A stretch of 64,000 nucleotides of DNA from positions 86,118,001-86,182,000 of the forward strand of contig NC_135659.1 of NCBI RefSeq assembly GCF_964188315.1. Reading direction: 5' to 3'. Both the position numbers and the translations under genes were made by a program. Position 1 is the first letter of the stretch. Every line of letters starts with the position of its first letter. Positions 40,577 to 53,148 of the stretch are shown here, in pieces. Under the pieces are notes generated by a model, which searched no databases, was not told where the DNA came from, and was given only the letters and a program-made list of their open reading frames with translations. This DNA comes from Podarcis muralis (taxonomy: Eukaryota).

Positions 40577-41404
40577 ATGAGTACATTTTCAAACAACAGT
40601 TGCCCATTCAGTGGAATCAGCTTGCATTGAAGTGATCTGTGTGCTTGTGGTCAGGGATAGGGTGACGGGGACAAGCCATGCATCCAATCTATGCATTAAT
40701 CAACTGTGCTTTGAATGCAGTCAGGAAAAAAGGTATTCAATAGAGGGCCACTGAGGATGCTCCTCACCTGGGGCACTCTTTGGTCTAGGGCCAGCACTGA
40801 GGGCACCTGTACACGTGGATGCTGTTTTCTCTAGTTCAGGATACCTGAGGTCAGTAGAAAGCACTGCTCTGTTAAACACATACAATAAGGGCAAAGTGAT
40901 AGATTTCTATAATTTATACCAAAGGTGGCCCAGAAAAGGGCTTTATATTGCTTTCAAGTTGCAGGGCTACAGTGGAACATCACTGTTCTTCTGTGTCTGA
41001 AAAAACCTCTGTCAAGCTGATGCCTTCTGGATGTTCAAAAACTGCTCCAGAACATCTGAAGGGCAGCACATTGGAGAAAGTGGCAAATCATATATAGTCC
41101 ATGGTCTTTCACAAAGTTAGGAAGTTCTTGGCTTACATCCAGAGACTGGTTCAGGCCTGAGTACAAATCAACTGTCCTGTTCTCCTTACTCTACCCACCT
41201 GGAAGAACTATTGTAAATCCCATTTGGGCCTTCCTGGCAGCAGTGGTTTTTCAGCACAGGGTCTGCAAGGTCATTAAGAAAGTTACATTCAAGCAGAAAT
41301 TCATTGATGTACAAATGACTAAAACAATAACCCCACAAATCATCCGATTTCTGCTGACACCCTCAAGGCAACACTGTTCAGTTTTGCCGAATCAGTGACT
41401 GCAC

Positions 41405-41509
41405 TCATGGTATCATCTCGGCTGAGACTCTTCTGAAATCACTGATAAAAGTTGAAATCCAGGCAAAAAGCTCTTCTGAGTCTCGATCTTCTGCTTCCCC
41501 AAATTTCAT
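41405..41509 (-). CDS. Formin terminal coding exon H (FGE motif and stop)
   Basis: Acceptor attaccttgcag, then MKFGEAEDRDSEELFAWISTFISDFRRVSAEMIP and TGA. Matches the FH2 end pattern FGE...eelF..i..F...F. Confidence 0.9.
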   Translation of the reverse strand: MKFGEAEDRDSEELFAWISTFISDFRRVSAEMIP

Positions 41510-43419
41510 CTGCAAGGTAATAATAACAATAAAGACTAGATGTTTACTGTTATTCACATATGAGCCATGTAAAGATTATTGTGGATTGAAGAGATCAGGC
41601 AAGAGTGACGAGCTGAAATATAGCCTGCTTCCTCTATGTGAGTGTAGGGTTTGTCACAATGAAGGCCCAGGAAGCAAAATGGCACTTAAACTGGGTTGGA
41701 ACGTTCTGTTACAAAAAGCCAAACCCAAATGGTTTACAAGCAGAATTTATTGCTGGAAGCATTTTGAATACAAATGGTATAAGGATGGCAACTGATGGCA
41801 GGAAGGTCAAGATAAACAGATCCACCACATTGCAGAAATGCTATTCCATCCTCTATGTTCTCTCCTGCATTTCCCACATGTATCTTAAAGTGAGAATCAG
41901 GCCTCTTTATGATCAAAATATGCAGGACCCAACACACTTAAACAAGGACAATTGCCTCTACATTTCTAAGATGTCATGTACTGATTCCTTATTGATATGT
42001 ATTGTTGCATGCCATACCAATCTCCAAGCAAGTGTGAGATTCCAGGGGTCCCAGGCGCTCACCCAGGATTCGTATTTCCTTTTGGAAATGAGGCACAGTG
42101 GTGACTGTGGTGTCTATATGATATATGATTTACTTACACATATATACAACCTGAGCCTATGCGGTGAAATTTTTCATAGCAGAACAGTAAGGGCCAGAGA
42201 CACCAGCTTGTGAGGATGACTGTGGGAGCATGTGCGCATGATGTCACAAAGTTGTGCATGTGAGTGTCGCACCTCCTTCCCAAGCTGGACAGGAGCTTCT
42301 GAGGCTTTGGGAACAAGGGGCCAGGGAAACATTTAGGGGACTGGCCTAGTCCTCCTGGTTCACTAATCTCACACCATTGTATAGGTCATTTTGGTGACTG
42401 TTTCACAATGATGGATTTCCCTTCTCCTGAGAGGCACCCTAATTTGAGCCCAGGCATCATTTGAAAGAATGCTAGATTTTAAAAATTCTTTCCACCACTA
42501 TTTGGGATTAAGTGTTAAATAGAGTAATGGGCAGTTAGCTTATTTCACTTGCACAACAAAAATTAAAAGCAAGGATTTACTCTTGAATTACACCCGTACT
42601 ATATAATCTTTGAGAAATTCGAAATCACATCAAATTCCTTTTCGATTATTATTACAGTAATTCAGAAAGTAGATACTATTAATTGAATACATAAGCACAC
42701 CTATATCCTCAATGCATTCCCTAATTAAAATTAGGATAGTTAACTTGTCAACTTCATCTGTTTCTCACAGTTTGTTCAACCAATCCACTGCCCTAAGTGA
42801 GAAAATCACATTAACATTTTTAAGCTATTTGGATAAAGAACAATTTGGCCAGAGTTAACAAGTTAGCCATTAAATCCATACTTGGAATTTGCCCAGTTCC
42901 TGGATGCAGCATAAGGAAAAGCTATCTCTGTCTGTCATTGGTTATATCTACAACATTCTATATGTCTTAACCTGCAATTTCTGCCCCAAGCATTTAGGAT
43001 AAGAAAAGGGAGATGGAAAGAAATATTGCCATCTTTTTTCTGGTGGAGGCTCTGTGCTTTTCACAATTGCATTATATGGGTGGGATGATGAGGATCGAGG
43101 TACAGCTCTTAGGGGTCCAGAACAGCCTTTCTCAACCTACTGCCCTCCAGATGTTTTGAACTACAATTCCCATACGCTCCAGTTGGCATTACCATCCAAA
43201 CCAGCTGAAGGGTGTCCAGAGTCTATCTCAAGAGAAAATGGTAGAACTTATGGTCAGCTCAAAGGAGGGCAACAAATATTTATTCATTTAGCCAATATAT
43301 GTGCCATTTGTTCAAAGGATTTTTTCCTAAAAATGGTGACCACTAAAAGAAGTTACATAAAACAATACATAATTCCAAACATCCAAACTGTTCAATACAG
43401 TCAAATAAGTACTAATGCA

Positions 43420-43545
43420 AAAGATGGTGAGGGACCTGGAGTCCAATCACTATAAGGAAAGCTTGGATATATTTTGTCTGGAGAAAAAATGGTGGAGAGG
43501 CATTGCAAAAGCATTTTTCAGATATACGGGCTGTTGTGGCATGCC
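43420..43545 (+). mobile_element. CR1 LINE ORF2 relic
   Basis: Translates to KMVRDLESNHYKESLDIFCLEKKWWRG..AFFRY.GC, resembling CR1 MVRGLE..SYEERL..F.LEKRRLRGD. Confidence 0.65.
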
Positions 43546-44682
43546 CATGTTAGAATCAGAGAAACTAGAAGTCAGGGTGGAAGGATCTGTCACTTTTGGT
43601 TCTCCCAGTTTCTTATTTTTCTGATCTTAAATTCAGTTCTCCACATTCTGCAGCCATAAAAAAAAAACCCTCATGAAAATCCATCAGTGTTTTAGTACAA
43701 ATTTCACCTAATAAACACATCTTTATATGAAGTTTTCACTAATGTACACATTTTTTCCAAACAATTTGCCCTAATATAATGTATTTCTTTGTTATGCTTT
43801 CACCAATATATTTATTTATTTATTGTATTGCCCTTTATATGCATTTTTAAAACATTACTTGGCGAACTGCATAGCAAAATTCAGATGAGTGCAAATTTTG
43901 AAAGGTAGCTATGTTTCGGTTCACATATTTATTTATTTTTTGGAAAGTGAGAATTTAATAGATTCTGCTTCAGATGAAATCAAATTTCTCCTTCATACCA
44001 AGCTGGAACCTCACTACTGATCCCTCATCAAATAACCATACAGCATTGCTTAAAAAGCAAACTCACACTATGGAATTTGTTCCTACTTCTAAGCAAAGTG
44101 AGGACTGTGAAGTTGCATTATGGCCCATCATCAATTGCACAGAATGGTTTCAGCAAAGTCTCCTTATCCTTTGTTCTGATGGTCGATTGATTATTCATTT
44201 GCTCTGTTTCTCTTTATTTTGGCATATCAATAAAACGCATAATCTGACAACAGACTCTTACAGGGACCCAAAGCAAAGAGTCACAAATCATTCCAAATCT
44301 AATTCACTCACCAATCAACTAAACTTCCTCTATCAGTGACTAATCAATAGCTCTCACAATGAGCTCCTAATTGCACCTCTGGGGTGATGGAAGCCTGTAG
44401 ATGATAACACAGCCCACGAAAGGCTTGCCAATAATTAAGCAGTAGTGAAGAAAAGATACTATTTCTACAGCTAACGACCAAACATCTAGAAGGTGTTGAT
44501 CTCCAGCGGGGTAAATTGAAGGCAATCCTACGCGAATCAAATGTTAATCCCATCATATCTCCTTATGATGAAGCACGCACACATACCCCAAAATTGGGGA
44601 GTAACAAGTGCAGCAACCAATAGATTTATCTACATTGTTGATAATGCAGCTGCTACCAAGAGCTGCGGGATACTCTTAGGAG

Positions 44683-45040
44683 TACAGTGGTGCCTCGCAA
44701 GACGAAATTAATTCGTTCCGCGAGTTTTGTCGTCTTGCGATTTTTTCGTCTTGCGAAGCACGGTTTCGGAAAAGTTTTGGAAAAGCTTCAAAAATCACCA
44801 AAGTCTTCAAAAACCTCAAAAAAGGCTACCACACCGCGTGCTATGAGTTGCTCCTCGAAGTCAAGTCGCAACTGTATTAACGGTTTTAAGAAAAAGGAAA
44901 CAAACTTGCAAGATGTTTTCGTCTTGCGAAGCAAGCCCATAGGGAAAATCGTCTTGCGAAGCAACTCCAAAAACCAAAAACCCTTTCGTCTTGTGAGTTT
45001 TTCATCTTGCGAGGCATTCGTCTTGCGAGGTACCACTGTA
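44683..45040. mobile_element. Tigger/pogo-like MITE (cgtcttgcga repeats)
   Basis: TIRs tacagtggtgcctcgcaagacga and tcgtcttgcgaggtaccactgta, with TA ends. Confidence 0.88.
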
Positions 45041-45151
45041 TTGACAGGCTTGGGAACTCTGTTTGCTATAGATGTTCAGTGGAAAGAGTAGCACATCCAA
45101 CCAATGCATGTGCTTGTTTGGCTGCTTGTTTTATAAACAGTCCCTTATGAG

Positions 45152-45308
45152 NNNNNNNNNNNNNNNNNNNNNNNNNNNNNNNNNNNNNNNNNNNNNNNNN
45201 NNNNNNNNNNNNNNNNNNNNNNNNNNNNNNNNNNNNNNNNNNNNNNNNNNNNNNNNNNNNNNNNNNNNNNNNNNNNNNNNNNNNNNNNNNNNNNNNNNNN
45301 NNNNNNNN
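45152..45308. other. Assembly gap (N run)
   Basis: Run of N. Confidence 0.99.
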
Positions 45309-46206
45309 ATGCCCTGCCCATCTGGTTGTGTTTCCCCAGCCACTCAGAATAAAATGTTCAAATCCAAGAAGCAAAACAAACCCCCAAAAATCTGAGCATG
45401 GAAAAATTGAAGGGAGGCGGAGAAAAATTGTGCAAGACAATTTAGACAAACCCCATCCAGCTTTTGTTTAGAATGCTAGTTGCTTAAAATGTGATGTATT
45501 TATTTTTAAAAAGTAGTCATTAGTCACCAAAATGACCACCAGGTAATTCTGTTCTGGGAAGGCTGTTCTATAGCCAGAAGAGTACAACCTCAAAGGCTGT
45601 AACATAGTAGTCTGTAGTTGCACAGTCTAATTCAAAAGCTATAGTAATGATATGGCTTGAAGCTTCTGAACAGCTGCTGTGTCAGTGTTCTGCAACAGAT
45701 TTTTAAGCACCCATTTGAAATGGGTGGAAAATCACAGCCTCCAGGTAGAATCCAACAAAGATTAGTCTTAACTCATACTGCAGACTTAGGCACACCTACT
45801 CAGAAGTAAACCTCAGTGAGACTCAATGGAAATACAATACACTAGTGATGCGAAGGGGTTGCATCAGCCTGACTCATACTTCCTGAACCAATAAACAAAC
45901 TGAAACACACCTACCATTTGAAATTCATAGTTCTCCAAATTTTGTGAAGAAGGTCTCCATTATTTGAGTGAAAACAATGTGATAACCCAGGAACGTTGCT
46001 TGCAAATATGCGCGTAGAAAGAAAAATGCACTTAAAAAGCAAATAATTTGTGTGTGAGAGAGAATTTTTAAAATAAAGTGATGCAGAAATGAGGGGGAAA
46101 TGAAACAGAGAGAAACTGAAATCAACGGATCCATCCAACTTTGCATTCTGTTGACTTTCATAGCATTGGCTTCCTATCAAGCATGCGCAGGATTGCAACC
46201 TTAAGG

Positions 46207-47044
46207 TATGGTTACCAGATTTTTTTCAATGAATTCAGGGACACTTTTTTTTTTTTTTTTAAGCTGAGTAGCAACAGGGAGTCAGTAGTGGGGATGGTGA
46301 GGCAAAAGACCCTGGGCCCAAGCACACATGCATATTGTATAAAGGTGCAAAGCCCTTCTTTCGCACCCTGTGAAGCATAAATGCACAGAGTTTTTTAAAA
46401 ACTGGGCAACGGCATGCTGCCCACCCATGACGCCCGAGCCTAGCCCTTTGTTTTGACAGATTGGGGGAGGCTTGGGAGTCATGGGTGGGCAGCCATTGCC
46501 CAGGAGGGGCGCAAGGCACACGGTTTCTCTGCCAGGCAAGGTGCAATGCCCTTCTTTTGCACTCTGTGAAACATAAATGTGCAGAGTTTTTAAAAAACTG
46601 GGCAACAGCTGCCCGCCTGCGACTCCCGAGCCTCCCCAGATTGTCCAAACAAAGGGGGCAGGGGGCAGGAGATCAGGATAGGATCGGGAGTAGCAGGTGG
46701 GCAGCGCGCCGTAGCCTATTTTTTAAAAACCTGCACATTTATGTTTCACAGGGTGTGAAAGAACTGCTTTGCACCTTGCCCGGTAGAAAAACTGCACACA
46801 AGACACATCATATGGGAACTTCCGGAGAGGAAAAATGGCGGGCGCCACAGCAGCGAGCAGCTCCTGAAGCCAGCCAGAGCCAACTTCACTACCAGGCTGG
46901 CTCCGGGCTGCTGAGGTTGCTGCTGCCACGTTTCCCGGGGACAGATTTGCAAATCTGGGGACATTCCGGGGACAGAATTTGTCCGGGGACAGATATGCAA
47001 ATCCAGGGACTGTCCCCGGGAACCGGGGACGGCTGGTAAACCTA
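46207..47044. mobile_element. Non-autonomous hAT (Blackjack/MER81-MER94-like) element
   Basis: TIRs TATGGTTACCAG and CTGGTAAACCTA, a perfect 8-bp TSD ccttaagg (46199-46206 and 47045-47052), subterminal gggac repeats, and internal repeated units. Confidence 0.82.
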
Positions 47045-47658
47045 CCTTAAGGTGCAGAGCAGAAAGAGCTTGCTGAGTAAGGCTGAGACCCTGCACTAGC
47101 TTCCTGGCAGGTGAATTATTGATACTTACTATGAGGAGGATGGGTGAGGCATCAGGGAGTCTGGCGTGGTGCAAATGCCCCAGCCGAACCAGTCCAACAC
47201 TCCTGCCAGTGCACTATGCTGATGTCCACACCATGGTCCCCTTTTCCTCTCAGTAAACAACAGTGACCCACCATCCAGGAAGCTGGCAAAACAGCTCCGC
47301 TCCCTCTAGGAAGCTGCTTCTGGTGCAGAGCATATTCAATGTTATTTGCAGATGAGAATGTGTATGTAGAGAGGTGATTGCTTCTCAGTTTTACATAAAA
47401 CATTACAGAAAGGGATGGTGAGGCCCCTCAAGCATTTGGGAGCATCATCTGAACAGGAGCAGAAGATTAAAGCAATGCTGGACCCAGAAAAATGCAATTA
47501 GTGAGGTTTTACTGAAAATAACCTTTTCATAAGAATATGTCAAGGTCTTTTTCAGTGTCTCTCTTGTCTTTTATTTTAAAAAGTGTAGCTACACAGTGGC
47601 ATAGCAAATTAGATTTGAGAGTTATCATTTGTGATCCAAGGCTGCATCCTCAGTACAT

Positions 47659-47930
47659 GTGATGTGGGGAAAGGCATGGAGATACATGGAGTGTAGAAAA
47701 AGCTTTAGTGTAAGCAGTTGCCTTTCATATCACCAAAGAACCCACACAAGGGAGAAAACATTTAAATGCACGCAGTGTGGAAAGAGCTTCAGTCTAAGCA
47801 GTCAACTTATTTTACATCGAAGAACCCATGCAGCGGGAAAACCATATAAATGCACAGAGTTTCAGGAGAGCTTTCGTGGGAGCTGAAACCTTACCCAACA
47901 TTAAAAACCACAGATGGGAGAATTCACCTA
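47659..47930 (+). pseudogene. Decayed C2H2 (KRAB-ZNF-type) zinc-finger fragment
   Basis: [77 protein letters not shown]. One finger is intact; the others have lost Cys or His residues or carry stops. Confidence 0.8.
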
Positions 47931-48909
47931 AACCCGAGAAGTTGCTGTGGTCCAAGAGGTGGCTTTGGAACATAGTCCCAGGAGGTAACCACCTCTCGGG
48001 GAAACTCTTGCCCCAGTGGGCTCCACAGAGCAAAACATTTTGAACCAGGATAGTCTTTTCTTGGCAGGACACCCAGGAAAGGAGGAGGAGTTTGCAGGTA
48101 CTAGGGAGAGACTGGGGGAGGGGGTAATGAGATCCACCTGCTCTCCCACCTTTTATAACCTTTGTTCCCATACTGAGAAGAGCAATCCCAACCGGCTAAG
48201 TCTCTGAAGGACATGGAGCATAGCCTCTGATGGGGACCTTTTGCAGTCTGAGGGCCACAGGGCCTTATGGGAAGGTTTCCAGGGGCCACATGACAGTGGT
48301 GGGCAGAGCCAGAGGCGGTGGTGCAACAAATGTGAATCTTACAGTAGGCTAGTTATTACAAATACTCTCACAGCCCTCTCTGTCCTCCATCTAAACAAGC
48401 AAGAAACATCACTAGAGCTCAAGGAGATGTTCCAGCCAGGCAACACTCAAGGAGTCAACTAGAGAGGCCTGGAAAGCTATGTTTGATCTCCAAGCCCAAA
48501 GGATAAATGATGGTCTTTCCAATAGCCATGGTCTAAGCCATTTAGGGCTTTATACATAATCACCGACACCTTGAATTGTGCTTGGGAACTTTGGCTCACA
48601 GTCTAAGTAGTCAAGCACCATGGAGGTTATCAAGGGCCTGGTGAAATCTAGCCATCTCAGGCTGGCTCAGATGTCTACAGCAGAAAGTAAGAGCCATGAA
48701 CATCCATGATGGGTGTGATCTGAGGCGGGGCTCACCGGATCCTAGCCTTGGAACCTCTTCCCAACAACATCAGAGTTCATCCTTGGGCTGCATGGAGCGG
48801 TAATAAAGAAGAGAGCATATGTAGAGCACCTTTTCTTCTTTACGGAATAACTAGCATCCACCCTGCAAGCTCGTCATCCATACTTCCTCCATTGACAAAC
48901 AGAGCAGAA

Positions 48910-49165
48910 AGTAGAAGAAGAGGAGGAGGAGTTTGGATTTGATATCCCGCTTTATCACTACCCGAAGGAGTCTCAAAGCGGCTAACATTCTCCTTTCCCT
49001 TCCTCCCCCACAACAAACACTCTGTGAGGTGAGTGGGGCTGAGAGACTTCAAAGAAGTGTGACTAGCCCAAGGTCACCCAGCAGCTGCATGTGGAGGAGC
49101 GGGGAAGCGAACCCGGTTCACCAGATTACGAGTCTACCGCTCTTAACCACTACACCACACTGGCT
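48910..49165 (-). mobile_element. Squam3-like SINE
   Basis: Reverse complement of the family at 3720 and 4376. Confidence 0.85.
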
Positions 49166-49972
49166 TTGGAGCTTAGCTGCAGCAGCTCTCACATTGCTAA
49201 AGGCAACATCCAAAGTGGCCTCACCCCAGCAGTCATTGCCACTGCAAGAACATGAACTTGAAACATAAAGTAGGTACAGCATTTACAGTCAAGATGTGCA
49301 GAGAGAGTGCAATGCGTTGAGATTTACCACAGCTTGGAAAATTATGGAGAATTGTTTTGCATCCTTCTTCTTGCATACTACTTTGCATTAGCCATGCATT
49401 CATCATATTTTTTTTAATTGGATTCATCACCCGTGAAAGGAAATTCAAAGATAATAAGTGTTGATGCAAAGAGTCACTTCATTCAGGAAATGCATTAGGA
49501 ATCTCCATACAATAAAGGTTTTTGTCTGTGTCACTTAGTGTTATTTGCTAGAAGTCCCTGTTACTTTAATTAAGTATTATTTATTTATTTTGAAAAAGCA
49601 CTGAGACACGTTAAGGTAAACTGTGCAAGTTGATTAAATGAACAGCAGCAATCTGATTTAAAACATAGATGGTGCATTCCTAAGCATAGTTAGTGGAACA
49701 GAAGAAATGCCTCCTATATGCAATGAGATTTACTCCCATGTAATACATGTATGCAGGACTGCTGCCTTCAATAATTACCTAATCCAGTGCATATTTACTC
49801 AAAAGTGCACTGTTCTCAAGAGCTCGCTCCCTAGAATGGGTGTTTGAGAATGCAGCCTAAACGCTGCACTAAGAATCATATTTGTCAAAGGTGATATTTC
49901 TCTGCATTTCTAGAGGTCACTGTTGATAAGAAAACAGCTTATTTGACACTTATATTTTAAAATAAAACGTAC

Positions 49973-50056
49973 CAGTATGTTGTGATAGGCCTTTTTCATT
50001 TCTTGACAGCTTCTAAATAACTGAGAAAGGTCGCCTTCATATGCCTGAATCAAATC
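49973..50056 (-). CDS. Formin FH2 exon G
   Basis: Acceptor ctttatgtttcag, then DLIQAYEGDLSQLFRSCQEMKKAYHNIL (84 nt), then donor GTACGT. Resembles the helix preceding the FH2 yFGE motif. Confidence 0.85.
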
Positions 50057-50510
50057 CTGAAACATAAAGCACAATCTGGAATGAGTGTCACATTAAAGTC
50101 TAATGCGACCTCAAAGCCACTTACAAACATCAATAAAAAAAGATCACAAACACTGGGTTGGAGGGAGTCAAACTTGAATGTTCAGAATTCGCACACACAT
50201 GCACCACACTCAGACACACACACACACACACACACACAGGCATCCTCCACTCCTTTAACTTGTCCATCATAGTGGTGGGGTGAGAGGAAGGCTTAAGCAA
50301 GGAGTGGAGAACCTCAGGCCATCCTGCAGACCTTCCCTGTCAGGATTCTTCTCAGGCCATGCCCTTCTCCAATCCACACCCCTCACCAGGTGTGCTCTGC
50401 AGCCTCCTTCAATGCTTTTGCCTGGCTTGAAGGTGCCCATGAGCTGGGAGAATACTTCTTGCTCGCCTGAATGGAGAAATGTGAGTGTGGCCTCTGTGTG
50501 GAAGGAATGT

Positions 50511-50860
50511 AAGGTAAAGGGACCCCTGACCATTAGGTCCAGTCGTGACCGACTCTGGGGTTGCGGCGCTCATCTCTCTTTATTGGCCGAGGGAGCTGGC
50601 GTACAGCTTCTAGATCATGTGGCCAGCATGACTAAGCCGCTTCTGGCGAACCAGAGCAGCGCACAGAAATGCCATTTACCTCCCCACCAGAGCGGTACCT
50701 ATTTATCTACTTGCACTTTGACGTACTTTCGAACTGCTAGGTTGGCAGGAGCAGGAACCGAGCAATGGGAGCTCAGCCCATCGTGGAGATTTGAACCACC
50801 GACCTTCTGATTGGCAAGTCTAGGCTCTGTGGTTTAACCCACAGCGCCGCCTGCGTCCCT
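50511..50860 (-). mobile_element. Sauria SINE
   Basis: Full body with TSD tggaaggaatgta. Confidence 0.9.
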
Positions 50861-51099
50861 GGAAGGAATGTAGCCTACCATAAAAGATGCAGCTTTCCAT
50901 TTTTGCCACTGGCCCCAGCTCCTGGAAGGTTGCCCACAAGGAAATGTAGGCTTCACACTGTAAAGGGTCCCCCACTCAGGTTTAAACAAACTATCCATCA
51001 CACAGGACCAAGTTGAGAGCAGAAGTTCAAATATCTCCTCTCATACCAGCACTAGGAAAGGGCACAAGCCCACCATGTTATCTGCTAACAACCCTAACC

Positions 51100-51400
51100 A
51101 GAGGTCCAGCTCCGAGGGCCTTCTGGCTGTTCCCTAACTGTGAAAAGTGAAGTTACAGGGAACCAGGCAGAGGGCCTTCTCGGTAGTGACACCTACCCTG
51201 TGGAACGCTCTCTCTTCAGATGTCAAGGAAATAAACAACTATCTGACTTTTAGAAGACATTTGAAGGCAGCGCTCTTTAGGGATGTTTGATATTTTATCA
51301 TGTTTTTAATATTCTGTTGAGAGTCACCCAGAGTGGATGGGGAAAGCCAGCCAGATGGGTAGGGTATAAATATCATCATCATCATCATCATCATCATAAC
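51100..51400 (+). mobile_element. L2 LINE 3' fragment
   Basis: Same family as 7508, with an (ATC)n tail. Confidence 0.82.
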
Positions 51401-52569
51401 AATCACATCTGCTTGGAAGTAAGTTCTATTCTATTCAATGAGGCTTGCTCCCAGGTAAGTGGTACTAGGATTGCAGCCATAGTATTTTAATTTTTAAAAA
51501 AACATTGTTATGCTGTGTATCATTCTTCTCTGTATTCATTTGATAATGATGATGATGATGATGATGATGATGATATTTATTTTAGCAAATTGACACATGC
51601 TAGCCAGCTGCTTATCTCACCATGGTATAAGTATGAACTGGGCTGTAAATAGATAATAAATTCAATTCCAGTAATAACCCTCTGAAACGCTATTCCTCAA
51701 GGTCAGAGAACCCTCTGGTGTGGCATTCAAAGAAATGCATATGGCTACAGCTAGAGGAAAAATTGGCAATACACAATCACATAGACATGAGTCTGTGGCA
51801 TACACAGAGGATTATTGATCAAGACTGACAATTGGCTTGGCTATACCAAATTACACGACAGGTCATCTTCAGATCCTGGACAAAGAAGGAAAATGTTCCA
51901 CTGCAGTGATGTCTTTGATTGTGGGCTTAGAGGAACATAAACTTTAAGCAATAGCAGTAACATGTTCTCCTGGAGCAGTAGGGTAATTGACAGCATCTCC
52001 TTGCTCTGGCAAGTGATGGTGAGGCTTTCAAGCTTTCTTCTTATGTGTGACAACTTGAAGCTAGTCATAGGATGAGGAAAATAGCCAAACGGAGATTGGA
52101 TACTTATTTCCTTCTCTTTAACGTTGTTTCTACGTCATGCTAGGAGTTGCAGCCATGCAACTTTCTAGAACAGGAATCTACAACATGTAACATGAATGGC
52201 GTCAAACTGACATGGATCATGACCAGTCAGATGGCCCCTCTGTGTAGAGAGTCCCAGGCAGGGACAAAATCCAAGAGGTTTGCTGAGTGCATGGTGGGCC
52301 GCCAAATATCACTAGCGGACATCCCAGAGTCTGTGGTCTAGATCTTGCTTGTTTTTTTCATTTTTTGGGTGACTTGCAGACAAGTTTCTGTGAACGAGGA
52401 GTGGGGAATCCTTTGCATTCCCCCATGGGGAATTTTCTGGGAGACACAGACCATGGAGGATGCAAAGCCCAAGGCAAAAATGGGCAACTCTGTGTATGTG
52501 ACCTATACCTACATACAGCAGGACACATTTCAGCCATGCAAATCTGTTCATGCCTCTTTATCCTCCATC

Positions 52570-52795
52570 TAAGCAGTTCGAAAGCACGTCAAAGTGCAAG
52601 TAGATAAATAGGTACCGCTCTGGCGGGAAGGTAAAAGGCGTTTCTGTGCGCTGCTCTGGTTAGCCAGAAGCGGCTTAGTCATGCTGGCCACATGACCTGG
52701 AAGCTGTACAGCGACTCCCTCAGCCAATAAAGTGAGATGAGCGCCTAGAGTCGGTCACGACTGGACCTAATGGTCAGGGGTCCCTTTACCTTTAA
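52570..52795 (+). mobile_element. 5'-truncated Sauria SINE
   Basis: Runs from gcagttcgaaagcacgtc to gtccctttaccttt. Confidence 0.85.
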
Positions 52796-53044
52796 GCAAG
52801 CAAAATGCATTATCTCAGTTCAGTTATTCATTCTTTCCAGAAAGCAAATGTACTGTGAGAAGTGTGGCTTGGAAAGAGGGTGGGTGTCCAGGAAGAGTCG
52901 CAAGGGGCTGTAGGGCCACATTCAAAAGTTCCCCATTCTTGTCATAAACCCTTCTTTCCCTGCATCCAAAAAACCCCTTCACATCTGATCTCTGAAATTC
53001 TGTGTGGTATATACCCATTTAAACATACTCCTGACCACAGTTAC

Positions 53045-53148
53045 CTTCAGCTCTTTGTAGAACTGTGACTCCACAGCTCCTGCCTTGATAACCTTGGGTT
53101 TGATTAGTCTTCTGCACTCAGCAATGCTGTCTAATTCTCTCCGTAAAA
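53045..53148 (-). CDS. Formin FH2 exon F
   Basis: Pyrimidine-rich acceptor ending tgattag, then (V)LRRELDSIAECRRLIKPKVIKAGAVESQFYKELK (104 nt, phase 1-0), then donor GTAACT. Confidence 0.82.

Noticed and set aside
44683-45040. Regularly recurring cgtcttgcga motifs as a CRISPR-like array
   Set aside because: They are subterminal repeats of a TA-flanked Tc1/mariner MITE. The spacing is irregular and the context is eukaryotic.
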